Below, piece after piece: positions 1-9,846 of a stretch of 64,000 nt of DNA (the stretch's first letter is position 1; every line of letters begins with the position of its first letter). The stretch lies in NCBI GenBank assembly GCA_963761335.1, contig CAVXGR010000017.1, positions 318,093-382,092 on the forward strand, in the 5' to 3' direction. The translations under genes were made by a program, and so were the position numbers. The DNA is from an uncultured delta proteobacterium (lineage in GTDB: Bacteria; Desulfobacterota; Binatia; HRBIN30; BPIQ01). Under the pieces are notes generated by a model, which did no database searches, was not told the origin of the DNA, and saw nothing but the letters and a program-made list of their open reading frames with translations.

Positions 1-54
1 CTCAGAACCGTGCCGGCGCGCCTACGGGGCGCGGGCGTATAGCCCGGGTGCAAA

Positions 55-105
55 GTAGAAGCGCCGTCCCGGCGCTTTTCCGAAGCGGCGAGACGCCGCT
101 TCTAC
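55..105. repeat. GTAG-type REP-like double hairpin (copy 1)
   Basis: GTAGAAGCGCCGTCCCGGCGCTT...AAGCGGCGAGACGCCGCTTCTAC; near-identical reverse-complement copy at 25805-25853. Confidence 0.8.
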
Positions 106-192
106 TTGGCCGGGGAGCCGGCGGAATCGTTTTGCCCAGATTCTTGCGCCGCAGCCCAGGTGGCGACACAATCGGGCCGCTGGGGAGAGAGA

Positions 193-1113
193 ATGAACAG
201 AGCCGTCATCTACGGAATTCTGCTGCTGGCCGCCGGCACGGCGGCGGGCGTCGTGGTCGGATCACGGGTAGCGACGACCGATGAGCCGGTCGCTTCCGAA
301 AGCCGGCCGCCGAGGGTGTCCCAGCCTGGCGTGCGCGGCGATCGGCAGCAGGAGCTGGAGATCCAGCTCGAGCGGTTGTCGTCGCGTTTGACCGCCGAGG
401 CAGACGAGCGGCGGGGGCTCGAGGAGAGGATCGCCGGGCTCGAATCGGCGCTCTCCGCCCTGCACAACGGCACCGCCGAAGGGGAAGCGGCGAGCTCGGC
501 GACGACGGATTCTGGAGCGGCCGGCCAGGCCCAGGTTGCCAGCAGCGGCAGTGCCCCGGCAGACCCGGGGCCGGTGGGGACCGAGGATGGCGGCGCCGAG
601 GCGCTCACGCCGATGGAGCACGCGCTCATCGCCGCGGGCGTCGACCCGGAGACGGCGGCCGGCATCAAGAAGAAGCAGGACGAGCTGGCGCTGTCGGAGA
701 TCTACCTGCGCGACCAGGCATCGCGCGAAGGGTGGTCGGACACACCGCGCTTCTCTCAGGAGATGGCCGACATCGAGAGCCAGCGCACCTCGGTTCGCGA
801 CCAGATCGGCGACGACGCCTATGACCGCTATCTCGCCGCTCTCGACCATCCGAACCGCGTGACCGTCAACGACGTGCTCCTCGAATCTCCCGCCGCCGCG
901 GCCGGGCTCCAGGCGGGTGACGTGGTGCTGAGCTACGGCGACACGCGCATCTTCTCTCCCGACGAGCTGGTTGCGGCGACCCGCTCCGGCACTTCGGGCG
1001 AGCCGGTCCGCCTGCAGGTTCTCCGCCAGGGGCAGCCGCTGGAGATCGACGTGCCGCGCGGCCCTCTCGGCGTGCGTATCGCCGCCAGCCGCGGCACTCC
1101 CGGCGACGGCTGA
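193..1113 (+). CDS. Membrane-anchored coiled-coil protein with C-terminal PDZ domain
   Basis: ATG at 193 after GGGGAGAG; N-terminal hydrophobic helix; SPAAAAGLQAGDVV...VRLQVLRQG PDZ signature. Confidence 0.8.
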   Translation: MNRAVIYGILLLAAGTAAGVVVGSRVATTDEPVASESRPPRVSQPGVRGDRQQELEIQLERLSSRLTAEADERRGLEERIAGLESALSALHNGTAEGEAASSATTDSGAAGQAQVASSGSAPADPGPVGTEDGGAEALTPMEHALIAAGVDPETAAGIKKKQDELALSEIYLRDQASREGWSDTPRFSQEMADIESQRTSVRDQIGDDAYDRYLAALDHPNRVTVNDVLLESPAAAAGLQAGDVVLSYGDTRIFSPDELVAATRSGTSGEPVRLQVLRQGQPLEIDVPRGPLGVRIAASRGTPGDG

Positions 1114-1119
1114 CGCCGC

Positions 1120-2346
1120 TCACAGGGGCAGATTGCCGGTGGCGGCGCGCGTCGACTTCTCCTTCTTGTAGGCGTCGATGGTGCGTTGGGCGATGCGCCA
1201 CTGGTGCACCTCGTCGGCGCCGTCCGCGAAGCGCGCCCAGCGCGCCTGCTGCGCCATCTGGGCCAGAGGCGTGTCGAGCGAGTAGCCGAGAGCGCCGTGC
1301 ACCTGGATGGCGCGGTCGATGATGCGGTTCAGCGAGTTGGCGACGAAGTGCTTCGCCATCGACACCTCGCTGCGGAAGTCGTCGCCGCGGTCGATCTTGT
1401 AGGCGGCGTGCAGCACCATGAGCTTGCACTGGTACAGCTCCATTGCCGAGTCGGCGATCATCCACTGGATGCCCTGCTTGTCGGCGAGCAGCGACCCGTG
1501 CGCGTAGCGATTGAGGGCGCGGTCGACCATCATGTCGAGCGCCACCTCCGCTTGGCCGATCCAGCGCATGCAGTGCGCCAGACGCGCCGGCCCGAGCCGC
1601 GCCTGCCCGAGCAGGTGCCCCTGGCCGCGGCCGCCGAGCATGTTCTCCCGCGGCACGCGCAGGTTCTCGATGCGGATCTCGGCGTGGTTGTGATGGCCGG
1701 CCATGGTCACCACGTCGCGGACCACGTTCCAGCCGCTCGCCGGCAGATCGACGAGGAAGGCCGAGTTGGCGGCCTGGGGGATCTCCGGCTCCTCCTCGGT
1801 GCGGGCGATGAGGATGGCGAACTTGGCGCCGCTGGCCCCGGAGATGAACCACTTGTGCCCGTTGATCACCCACTCGTCACCGTCGAGGACGGCGCGGGTC
1901 TGGATGAGCGTCGGATCGGAGCCGGCCACCTCGGGCTCGGTCATGGCGAAGCACGAGCGCGCCATGCCGTCGCAGAGCGGCCGCAGGTACTTCTCCTTCT
2001 GCGCCTCGGTGGCCCAGTGCAGGAGGGTGTGCATGTTGCCCTCATCGGGCGCCTGGGCGTTCAGGGCGAAGGGGCCGAAGGCCGACTTGGCCGCTTCTGC
2101 CGATACCGCCGCCATGGCCACGTGCCCGAGGCCCATGCCGCCGAGCTCCTTCGGCATGTGCGGCAGCCACAGACCCCAGTCCTTGGCGGCGACGCGCATC
2201 TCGATGATCGACTGAACCAGAAAGCGGCGATCGCCCTCTCGCTCTGCGATGCGCGCTTCGGCCGGCCGCACCACCTCGGCGATGAACTCGCGAACCTTCA
2301 GGCGCAGCGTCTCGATCTCGGGAGGGAAGCTGAAGTCGATAGCCAT
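1120..2346 (-). CDS. Acyl-CoA dehydrogenase (ACAD10/11- or LvaC-like subgroup)
   Basis: CFAMTEP, INGHKWFISGA, RLGPARLAHCMR, AIQVHGALG, ADGADEVH motifs; start MAIDFS. Confidence 0.92.
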   Translation of the reverse strand: MAIDFSFPPEIETLRLKVREFIAEVVRPAEARIAEREGDRRFLVQSIIEMRVAAKDWGLWLPHMPKELGGMGLGHVAMAAVSAEAAKSAFGPFALNAQAPDEGNMHTLLHWATEAQKEKYLRPLCDGMARSCFAMTEPEVAGSDPTLIQTRAVLDGDEWVINGHKWFISGASGAKFAILIARTEEEPEIPQAANSAFLVDLPASGWNVVRDVVTMAGHHNHAEIRIENLRVPRENMLGGRGQGHLLGQARLGPARLAHCMRWIGQAEVALDMMVDRALNRYAHGSLLADKQGIQWMIADSAMELYQCKLMVLHAAYKIDRGDDFRSEVSMAKHFVANSLNRIIDRAIQVHGALGYSLDTPLAQMAQQARWARFADGADEVHQWRIAQRTIDAYKKEKSTRAATGNLPL

Positions 2347-2451
2347 GGGATCGTCCTTTCGGGGCAGATGTCTATGACCGGTAGGATACGAGAATGTCTC
2401 AGGCATACGCCACAGGCGGCCTTCGGGCAAAGAAGGAAGAGGCGACGCGGC

Positions 2452-4401
2452 TCAACGCGTCCCCGGGTGCTCGAGCCGCTGCAGGTTCGCCTGGAACAGG
2501 GCGTTGTCGGGTTCCAGCTCGAGGGCCCGGTGCAAGGCGGCAATCGCCGCCTCGCGGTCGCCCATGAGGAAAGCGACGTTGGAACGGTACTGGTAGAGCA
2601 GGGGCAGATCCGGTGCGACGCGTTGCGCCTCGTCCAGTTGGCTCGCTGCCTCATCGTAGTCTCCATGACGTGCGGCGGCGCTGGCGCGCGCGAGGATCTT
2701 CAGGGCGAGCCTCTCGCCGTCGCTGGCCGGCGCGTCGACCTGCGCCGAGCCCGTGAGGCGGCTGAGGGCCTCGCGCGAGGGCCGGTACTCCGGGTTGTAC
2801 CGCAGCGCCGTACGATAGTCCGCTATTGCCGCGTCTCGGTTGCCCTGCCGCTCGTGAATGACGCCGCGGTTGTGATGGGCCTCGGGGCTCAGCGGCGCCA
2901 GCCGGATCGAGACGTTCAGCTGCTCCATCGCCTCCTCGTATCGCCCGAGCGCCCCGAGCGCTCCCGCCAGGCTCGCCCGCAGCGCCCCGTCGTCCGGATC
3001 CGCGCGCACCAGCTTCTCGTATGCTTCGACCGCTTCTGGGTAGCGGCCGGCCTGGAACTGCACCGCGGCGAGGTTGCGCTCCCCCTGTGGAGATTCGGCG
3101 TCGAGATAGCCGAGAAGACGCAGCCGTTCGAGGATCACGGGATCCACGGGCGCGTCTGTCTGTAGCCGGGCCGCGTGCTGCTGCCCTCCCTTTTCGTAGC
3201 TCGCGACCGAAGGGGACACCGGCTCGATGTCGAGCGACTCGCTGAGCACGCGCCCCGGCATATCGCGGGCCGCCGGCAGGCCGGCCAGGGTCAGGAGCGT
3301 CGGGGCGATGTCGATCACCGTCGGCCGGTCAATGCGACTGTGTCGCTTCACGTGATTCCCGTAGAGGTACAGAATACCTTCGGGCCGGTGATATCGTTCA
3401 CTGACGCGGCGCATGTCTCGGGTCTTGCTCGGGTCGTCGGGGAGGACGCCCAGTGCAAATCCATGGTCCGAGAGGACCATCAGCGTCGTGCGGTCGTCCA
3501 TGGCCTCGAGGTAGTTGCCGACGAGGCTGTCGGCGTACTCGTACATGGCCTCGACCGCATTGCCGTAGCGCTTCTGCTGCTCGGCCAACTCGCCGGCGAG
3601 GCCGCGGGCCCGGAAGAGGTGACCGAACAGATGTGCCGTCGAGTCGGTGGCCTCGATGTACACCATGAGAAGATCGGGCTGTTCCTGGTGCCAGATGAAT
3701 CGCCCTATCCGCTCGTAGGTCTCCGCGGTCGCCAACGCCCAGCGGAAGTGGCTCAGATCGTCGTCGAAATCGAAGGGGCGGGCGAGGTCGTCGCTGGCGA
3801 CGTCGACGAAGGGACTCAGGTCCTGCATCGTGAGATCGCCGGGCCGCCGGATCATTGGCTCGATCGTCGCTTCGAGGTCCGCGGGGTAGACCACGCCGGC
3901 GAGGTCGGACAGCTCTTTCGACCCCTCCTCGAAGAGGAAATGGTAGCAGGCGTGATCGCTCACGATGGTGCCGCGAACGGTCTCCGCCGGCCAGGTGGCC
4001 CACCAGCCGACGACGCCGACTCGGCGTCCGGCATCGGACAAGATGTTCCACAGCGCCTTTACCCGCCGCATCTGGCTGGTCACTGGGAGCTGCTCTCCCG
4101 TTTTCTCGTTGGTTGCGATGAAGTGCCCGATGCCATGCTGGTCCGGTGTCTTTCCGGTGGCGATGGTGGTCCAGATGATCGGGCTGAGCAGCGGCCTGCT
4201 GCTGAGGAGACGGCCGTAGGCGCCCTCACGTCGCAGCTTGGCGAAGTTGGGCATCTTGCCCTCGGACATCAGCAGGTCCACGGTCTGCGGATCCATGCCG
4301 TCCAGACCGAGAACGATGATGCGTCCCGTCTTCGACTCCGAGGTGCACGAGTGCAGGGAAATGACGAGACACGCCAGAACGAGGAGGCGCGTGCGAGACA
4401 T
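2452..4401 (-). CDS. Alkaline phosphatase superfamily (phosphodiesterase-like) protein with C-terminal TPR repeats, possible lipoprotein
   Basis: GLDGMD, SPIIWTTIATGK, SDHGF motifs; ERLRLLGYL linker; several TPR repeats; signal peptide ending LHSC. Confidence 0.85.
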   Translation of the reverse strand: MSRTRLLVLACLVISLHSCTSESKTGRIIVLGLDGMDPQTVDLLMSEGKMPNFAKLRREGAYGRLLSSRPLLSPIIWTTIATGKTPDQHGIGHFIATNEKTGEQLPVTSQMRRVKALWNILSDAGRRVGVVGWWATWPAETVRGTIVSDHACYHFLFEEGSKELSDLAGVVYPADLEATIEPMIRRPGDLTMQDLSPFVDVASDDLARPFDFDDDLSHFRWALATAETYERIGRFIWHQEQPDLLMVYIEATDSTAHLFGHLFRARGLAGELAEQQKRYGNAVEAMYEYADSLVGNYLEAMDDRTTLMVLSDHGFALGVLPDDPSKTRDMRRVSERYHRPEGILYLYGNHVKRHSRIDRPTVIDIAPTLLTLAGLPAARDMPGRVLSESLDIEPVSPSVASYEKGGQQHAARLQTDAPVDPVILERLRLLGYLDAESPQGERNLAAVQFQAGRYPEAVEAYEKLVRADPDDGALRASLAGALGALGRYEEAMEQLNVSIRLAPLSPEAHHNRGVIHERQGNRDAAIADYRTALRYNPEYRPSREALSRLTGSAQVDAPASDGERLALKILARASAAARHGDYDEAASQLDEAQRVAPDLPLLYQYRSNVAFLMGDREAAIAALHRALELEPDNALFQANLQRLEHPGTR

Positions 4402-4409
4402 TCTTCTCT

Positions 4410-5738
4410 TCAGAGACGCCGCCGGCGTCTCAGCAGCAGGATGAGAGCAAGTATGCCGGCAACCGCGCCGAGACCGCTGCAGCTGTACGGCCGCACCGCG
4501 CATCCGCCACTGGAGGATTGTTCGGGAGTTGGAGTCGGCGTCGGCTCTGGGGTGAACGTGGGCACGGCGCTGGCCAGGCTGCGTCCGAAAATTCCCGCCC
4601 GGTCGCCGTCCTGATCCATGCTGGTCCACACCGCCATGAGCTCCCCGCTCCCAAAGCTGACGACGGCGGGCTCAGATCGCTGGATCGAATCGCCCGGAGC
4701 GAGGACGACGTCGCTCGGCTTCCCTTGCGGATCGTAGGATGTGCCGAGGATCGCATCGCCCGAGCTCCAGGCGACGATGAACCCTCCATCATCATCGCAG
4801 GCCAGGTGGGTTCTGGGCGACGTGTAGTCCTTGCTCTCGCGTACCACGAACTCCTTCTTGGGCTCGCCGTCACGGTCGAACGTGCGGGCGAACGTCTTCA
4901 ACACGTAATCGGTGTAGTTGCTCGAGCTCCAGGCGACCGTGAAGTCGCCGGCGGGGCCGGCGCACACGCCCCCCATGGCGTTGGCGTCGGCCCTGTGCAG
5001 CGAAAGCGTGTCGTCGAGAGGCTGCCCGAATGGAGAGAAGCGGCGCGACGAGACACCTTCTTCGCATTCCCTGGTTTCCCAGGCGAAGACGAGGGACCCC
5101 GTACTCGTCCAGGCAACGCGGGGCTCCTCGCCAATGCAGTAGCGGTTCGAGCTGACCACGAACTGGCCGCTCATTGGCTCGCCCTGGGCGTCGAAGGACC
5201 GGGCCAGGATCTGGTAGTCGAAGTTCTCTTGCCATGCCACCACGAACGCACCGCCGGGTCCCTTTGCCACCGCAGCGTTCGAATTCTTCGAGTACTCCGA
5301 ATGACTGATCTGGAACTCGGGCCCGAGAGGTGTCCCTGAGCTCGCGAATCGCCGGCCCCAGATGTGGCCACCGATCGGATGGCCCAAGGCGCTGCGCGTC
5401 AGGGTGTTCGCCCACACGACGATGAAATCGCCGTCGAGCTCGCAGGCGATCGCCGGCGCGGTCTGGTCGCCTCTCGTGTAGGTGCTGACCTGGAACTCGT
5501 CGGAGAGGAACGCGCCGTCCCGCCCGAGAATTCTGCCGTAGACACCGCCCCGACTGCCGTCCTGGAACTCGCTCACCCAGACGACGGCGACGGTGCCGTT
5601 TTCGCCGGCGCAGATTGCCGGAGAATGCTGTGCTTCGGTGGTATACGTGTTCACCTGGAACTCCTCGCCGATGACAGAGACGACCAGGAAGAGAACGATG
5701 GCCATCGCACCTGTCGTTATTTTCCAGCGATTTCTCAT
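4410..5738 (-). CDS. Secreted EFQVNTYT-repeat (beta-propeller-like) protein with Pro/Thr linker and GC-CTERM (MYXO-CTERM-like) anchor
   Basis: Signal peptide; repeats EFQVNTYT/EFQVSTYT/EFQISH; PTFTPEPTPTPTP; SSGGCAV + TM helix + RRRRR. Confidence 0.82.
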   Translation of the reverse strand: MRNRWKITTGAMAIVLFLVVSVIGEEFQVNTYTTEAQHSPAICAGENGTVAVVWVSEFQDGSRGGVYGRILGRDGAFLSDEFQVSTYTRGDQTAPAIACELDGDFIVVWANTLTRSALGHPIGGHIWGRRFASSGTPLGPEFQISHSEYSKNSNAAVAKGPGGAFVVAWQENFDYQILARSFDAQGEPMSGQFVVSSNRYCIGEEPRVAWTSTGSLVFAWETRECEEGVSSRRFSPFGQPLDDTLSLHRADANAMGGVCAGPAGDFTVAWSSSNYTDYVLKTFARTFDRDGEPKKEFVVRESKDYTSPRTHLACDDDGGFIVAWSSGDAILGTSYDPQGKPSDVVLAPGDSIQRSEPAVVSFGSGELMAVWTSMDQDGDRAGIFGRSLASAVPTFTPEPTPTPTPEQSSSGGCAVRPYSCSGLGAVAGILALILLLRRRRRL

Positions 5739-7810
5739 GGCCGGTGCTGCCCGACTCTGCGTCGGAGAAGAATTCCGACCAGGGGCGCCAGAAGCACAAG
5801 AGGCGCCGCCCGGCCGGTGCTTCCGCCGGTAGCGCAGCCTCCGTTGCCGGGTGGCGCCGCTTGGCTGCGGTAGCTCAGGATGCTGCCCCCGTAGCTGATG
5901 GCATAGAGCGTGGACGGATCGCGCGGGTCAACGAGCAAGCGGGAGTTGCCACTCACAAACCCGTCGCTCAAGGGATTCCAGGTGCGGCCGCCATCGATAC
6001 TCTTCGCGACGCCGGCGTCGGCAGCGTAAATGGTTCCCGCAACCGAGGGATCGAAGGCCAGGGCGAAGACGAGGCCGATGCCGGTCCCGGTGACCTCGGT
6101 CCAGCTGTCGCCGCGGTCGCTGCTGGTGAAGAGCCCATTGTTGATGGCTGCGAAGACCCTCGCAGGGGCATAGGGGTCGGCGGCGACGGCATAGACCTGA
6201 TAGGTGACGAAACCTGCGATCGTCAGCGGAACCCAGGTATCGCCGCCGTTGCTGCTGCGGTACACCGCTCCCCCATCGCCGCCTGGAGTCGCGGCATAGA
6301 TGGTCGGGCGCTGTTCGTCTGTGATTTCGAAACCGAAGATCGGGACGTTCTCGATGCCCGCATTCGCCGGGCGCCAGGTGGCGCCGGCATCGTCGCTCCT
6401 GAACACGCCCTGCTCGGTCCCGGCGTAGAGAACCTCACCGTTTGCTCCGCCGACAGCGACTCCGAGGATCCTCGGCGGCAGTCCCTCGCTGATCGACTGC
6501 CAGGACTCCGCACGGTCCCGGCTCCGAAAGAGCAGCCCCTCCCTTGTCGTCGCGAGGAGGAAGGAAGGATTTCTCGCATCGATGAGCAACTGGCTCACGT
6601 CGCTGTCCAGGCCGGCATCCTCGGGTGACCAGGTGCGCCCCGCATCGTCGCTTCGATACGCGTAGTGGTCGCACCGGGCGAAAGAACCACTGCTGCCTGC
6701 ATAGAAAGTCTCAGGCTGCTGCGGATCAATGGCCAGGGAATAGACGGAACAGGGGAGCCCCTCGGCGGTCGTCGTCCAGCTTCTGCCTCCGTCGTCGCTT
6801 CTGGAATAGCCGGCGTACAGGCGATCCGCATCGCTGGCATCGACCGCCAGAGCCATCACCGCTTGACCGGTTTCCGCCGCGGGATCCCACCGGCGCCCTC
6901 CGTCCTCTGATTTGAAGACGGAATATTCGGCCACGCCGTAGAGAGTCGTCGGCCGCTGCAGGCGAAGTGCGATGCGTCTCATGTACTTGACCTGATCGCC
7001 CTCGCTGGCGGACGCCCAGGTCCTGGCGCCGTCGACCGTCTCGAACACCCCATCGCCGTCGGTGGCGGCGTAGAGCGTGGAAGGGGCCAGGGGGTTGATT
7101 GCGAGATCCTCGACGTCCGGGTTGGTCAGCCCCTGGTTCATCTGCGTCCAGCTCTCACCGCCGTCGTCGCTCCTGAAGACCCCCCCGTCGGTCGTGGTGA
7201 GACTCCGGCCATCGTTCGCGGTCGCGTACACGACCGAGGGGTGCTGCGGGTCAATGACGACGGCCGTGACCTGCACGTTCAGGAAGTCGTAGCTGAAGCC
7301 GGCGTTGACCTCGCGCCAGGATTCGCCCCCGTCGTCGGACTTGAACATGCCGAAGTAGGATGTGCCGGCATACACCGTGTTCTCGTCCAGCGGATCGATC
7401 GCGATCGCGGCGACTCTGAAGGTGAAGAGGCCATTGCTCCGGTGGGTCCACGAGAGGCCGGCGTCTTCACTCTTCTCGATTCCCCCCGCGCCGGTCCCCG
7501 CATAGATCACCTCGGGCCGCGAGGGAGCCACGGCGAGCGAGAGAACGGCGGCGATTGGCAGGCCGCGATTGATGGTGCCCCAGCTCTCTCCGCCGTCCTC
7601 GCTCTTGAAGATGCCGAGGTTGTCGGTACCGGCGTAGACGGTGTCGAAGTCGCGGGGGTCGACCGCGAGCGTCATGATCCGCTGCGTGCGGATGTCGGGA
7701 CTCGTCCATATACCGTCCCCGGCAGTCGCTGCGGAAACATGCGCGAGCAGAAGCAGCGCCCCGAGGAGCAGTGCGCGGCGGCGAGACAGGCGATTCCCTT
7801 CGGCAGCCAC
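5735..7810 (-). CDS. BNR/Asp-box (VPS10/sortilin-like) repeat protein with GC-CTERM anchor
   Basis: More than 10 S-x-D-x-G-x-[TS]-W Asp boxes; C-terminal GNGGCATG + TM + RRR; start uncertain (GTG 7810 chosen to avoid overlap with the upstream gene). Confidence 0.82.
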   Translation of the reverse strand: MAAEGNRLSRRRALLLGALLLLAHVSAATAGDGIWTSPDIRTQRIMTLAVDPRDFDTVYAGTDNLGIFKSEDGGESWGTINRGLPIAAVLSLAVAPSRPEVIYAGTGAGGIEKSEDAGLSWTHRSNGLFTFRVAAIAIDPLDENTVYAGTSYFGMFKSDDGGESWREVNAGFSYDFLNVQVTAVVIDPQHPSVVYATANDGRSLTTTDGGVFRSDDGGESWTQMNQGLTNPDVEDLAINPLAPSTLYAATDGDGVFETVDGARTWASASEGDQVKYMRRIALRLQRPTTLYGVAEYSVFKSEDGGRRWDPAAETGQAVMALAVDASDADRLYAGYSRSDDGGRSWTTTAEGLPCSVYSLAIDPQQPETFYAGSSGSFARCDHYAYRSDDAGRTWSPEDAGLDSDVSQLLIDARNPSFLLATTREGLLFRSRDRAESWQSISEGLPPRILGVAVGGANGEVLYAGTEQGVFRSDDAGATWRPANAGIENVPIFGFEITDEQRPTIYAATPGGDGGAVYRSSNGGDTWVPLTIAGFVTYQVYAVAADPYAPARVFAAINNGLFTSSDRGDSWTEVTGTGIGLVFALAFDPSVAGTIYAADAGVAKSIDGGRTWNPLSDGFVSGNSRLLVDPRDPSTLYAISYGGSILSYRSQAAPPGNGGCATGGSTGRAAPLVLLAPLVGILLRRRVGQHRP

Positions 7811-7820
7811 TCTGAAGAGT

Positions 7821-9653
7821 CTAGGGGCCGGTATGCGGATTTGAAAGCGGAAACTTTGCGGATCGCGCCCGGCGTTCGGCGATGAGCTCCGCGATGCGGT
7901 CCGAGGCCTGAGGTCGGCCCCTGGTTGCGAGGGGACGAGGGTTGATGGCCCTCGACCGCTCGAATGCGTCGATGGCATCGTCGATGTCGCCTCTGCGTTC
8001 AAATACGAGGCCGAGGTTGTAGAAGAGGACGTCGTTCCGCGGCGCGGCGGCAGCCGCGCGAGCGAACTCCTGACGCGCTCGCTTCCAGTTGGTCGTTTGG
8101 AAGGTGAACCCGAGCATGTAATGGAAGTGGCCGATCAGGTTGCGGGTCAGATGGTCCTTCGGGATGCTGGGATCATCCTCGCCCGGAAGCACGGTCATGG
8201 GAATGACCGGGGCGGGCGGCGGAGGTCCGGCCCGCCAGACTCGGAAAACCAATCCGTAAGGAACGATTTCGAGCGACGGTAGACTCCAGTTCGGATGATG
8301 CGTGAGAAAGAGCGGCTCCGTCTCCGGATTGAACCGCAGAGGCGGCAGGTCGGCCGCGCCGATTCCTTGCGGGATGAGGTCCAGGTCCGGCCTGCGGCCC
8401 TCGACCATGGTGAGGTAGAGCAGAACGAAGAGGATATTGTCGTCGCTGGCGATCAGATGCGCTCCCGGCGGCAGCGAGCGGAGGATGCCCAGCGAAAACT
8501 CTTCAGCGATGCGATATCGGCTCCGGTCGAACTGCGCCCAGCCGGTCAGCAGCAGGAAGGCAGGTACCAGCAGGGGCAAGGCGTGCGCCCCCCGAGGTAG
8601 ACGCGCGATGAGCGCGTCGCACCCGATCGCCGCCAGAATCGCCGCCATGATGTACGAGGGGATATAGTAGCGGTGCCAGATGAAAATATCGGAGCGCGAG
8701 CCGTGCACTGCGAGGGCGGTGAGATTGCCCGCCATCACCAGCAGGGAGAGGGAGATGGGCCAGTGGCGGCGCCGTCCCGCGAACAGCCCGGCGACCGCCA
8801 GCGCCGCGCCGACGTACCCGAGCTCCACGGCGACGCCGCGCAGGTAGTCCGCCGTGATCGGCAGCAGATCGTACGGGCTCTCCATCCAGGCGCGTCCCCA
8901 GAAATCCCGGCGGAGAAGGACGGCCAGAAAGGCACGCGGCGTTTCCGGATTGCCCCAGTCGAGCAACGGGTGCATGCGCGCGCGCAGGGGCAGGTACAGG
9001 TAGGGGAGCAGCCCCAGGAGGAAGGCGGCTGCTACTGCGGCAAGCGTCTTCGGACGGCGCAGGATCGAAGGCTCCGTCGCGACGGCGACAACCGCCAGAG
9101 CAGCGGCGAAGACGATCATGAAAGCGTGGTTCGTCGCACCCAAGGCGCAGACGAAAAAGCTCAGGGCCAGGAGCCGGTCGGTGCGGCGCTGATGCCAGCG
9201 CGTGGCAGCCATCGTCGCGGCAACGACAAAAAGCGCGCCGAGGCTGTAGACGCGTTGGATGTTGGCCTGCGACCAGAAGCTCGGCGCGAAGGCGAGCAGC
9301 AGGGCTCCCAGGATCGCGGCGATCGGGTGCATACGCAGCTGGCGGCAGAGAAGATAGAGCAGACCGCAGGCAAGGGAGGCGCAGGCGGCGCTGAACAAGC
9401 TCATGCGCAAGGCGACCGAGCCGAAAGGAACGAGGATCGTCCAGAGCTTCCCCGCCAGGACGTAGAGCGGATAGCCGGTAGGATGGGGGATGCCCAGCAC
9501 GTGGACCGCGGTGACCAGCTCGCCGCTGTCGCCGACGTATATCGTCGGACATGCCCCGGTCGCGTAGATCAGAAACAGCGAGATGACCAGTGTGACCGCC
9601 CAGAAGCCGTCGCGGCGACTCTCGCCCCGGTTGCGTCTCCGCGATGAAAGCAT
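7821..9653 (-). CDS. DUF2723/TMEM260-like GT-C membrane glycosyltransferase with C-terminal TPR
   Basis: GDSGELVTAVHVLGIPHPTGYPLY, FWSQA, PYLYLPLRA..P..DWGNP motifs; multiple TM helices; TPR tail; start uncertain (9653-9770). Confidence 0.85.
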   Translation of the reverse strand: MLSSRRRNRGESRRDGFWAVTLVISLFLIYATGACPTIYVGDSGELVTAVHVLGIPHPTGYPLYVLAGKLWTILVPFGSVALRMSLFSAACASLACGLLYLLCRQLRMHPIAAILGALLLAFAPSFWSQANIQRVYSLGALFVVAATMAATRWHQRRTDRLLALSFFVCALGATNHAFMIVFAAALAVVAVATEPSILRRPKTLAAVAAAFLLGLLPYLYLPLRARMHPLLDWGNPETPRAFLAVLLRRDFWGRAWMESPYDLLPITADYLRGVAVELGYVGAALAVAGLFAGRRRHWPISLSLLVMAGNLTALAVHGSRSDIFIWHRYYIPSYIMAAILAAIGCDALIARLPRGAHALPLLVPAFLLLTGWAQFDRSRYRIAEEFSLGILRSLPPGAHLIASDDNILFVLLYLTMVEGRRPDLDLIPQGIGAADLPPLRFNPETEPLFLTHHPNWSLPSLEIVPYGLVFRVWRAGPPPPAPVIPMTVLPGEDDPSIPKDHLTRNLIGHFHYMLGFTFQTTNWKRARQEFARAAAAAPRNDVLFYNLGLVFERRGDIDDAIDAFERSRAINPRPLATRGRPQASDRIAELIAERRARSAKFPLSNPHTGP

Positions 9654-9846
9654 CACCCGGGCAAGGCGAATGAGCTGTTCGATCTGGTTCGGCCTGGCAT
9701 TTTGGAGTTTTGACCCCTTCATAACTGACTGTGCATCGCGGCGACAACCGAGTGACCTATCGCGGGGCACCTCCTTCTTGTCGGCGCGCCGGCTGGCGCG
9801 CTATGGTCGCGGTGCTTTTGGCGGCAGAACGACAGGGGAGGTGCGT

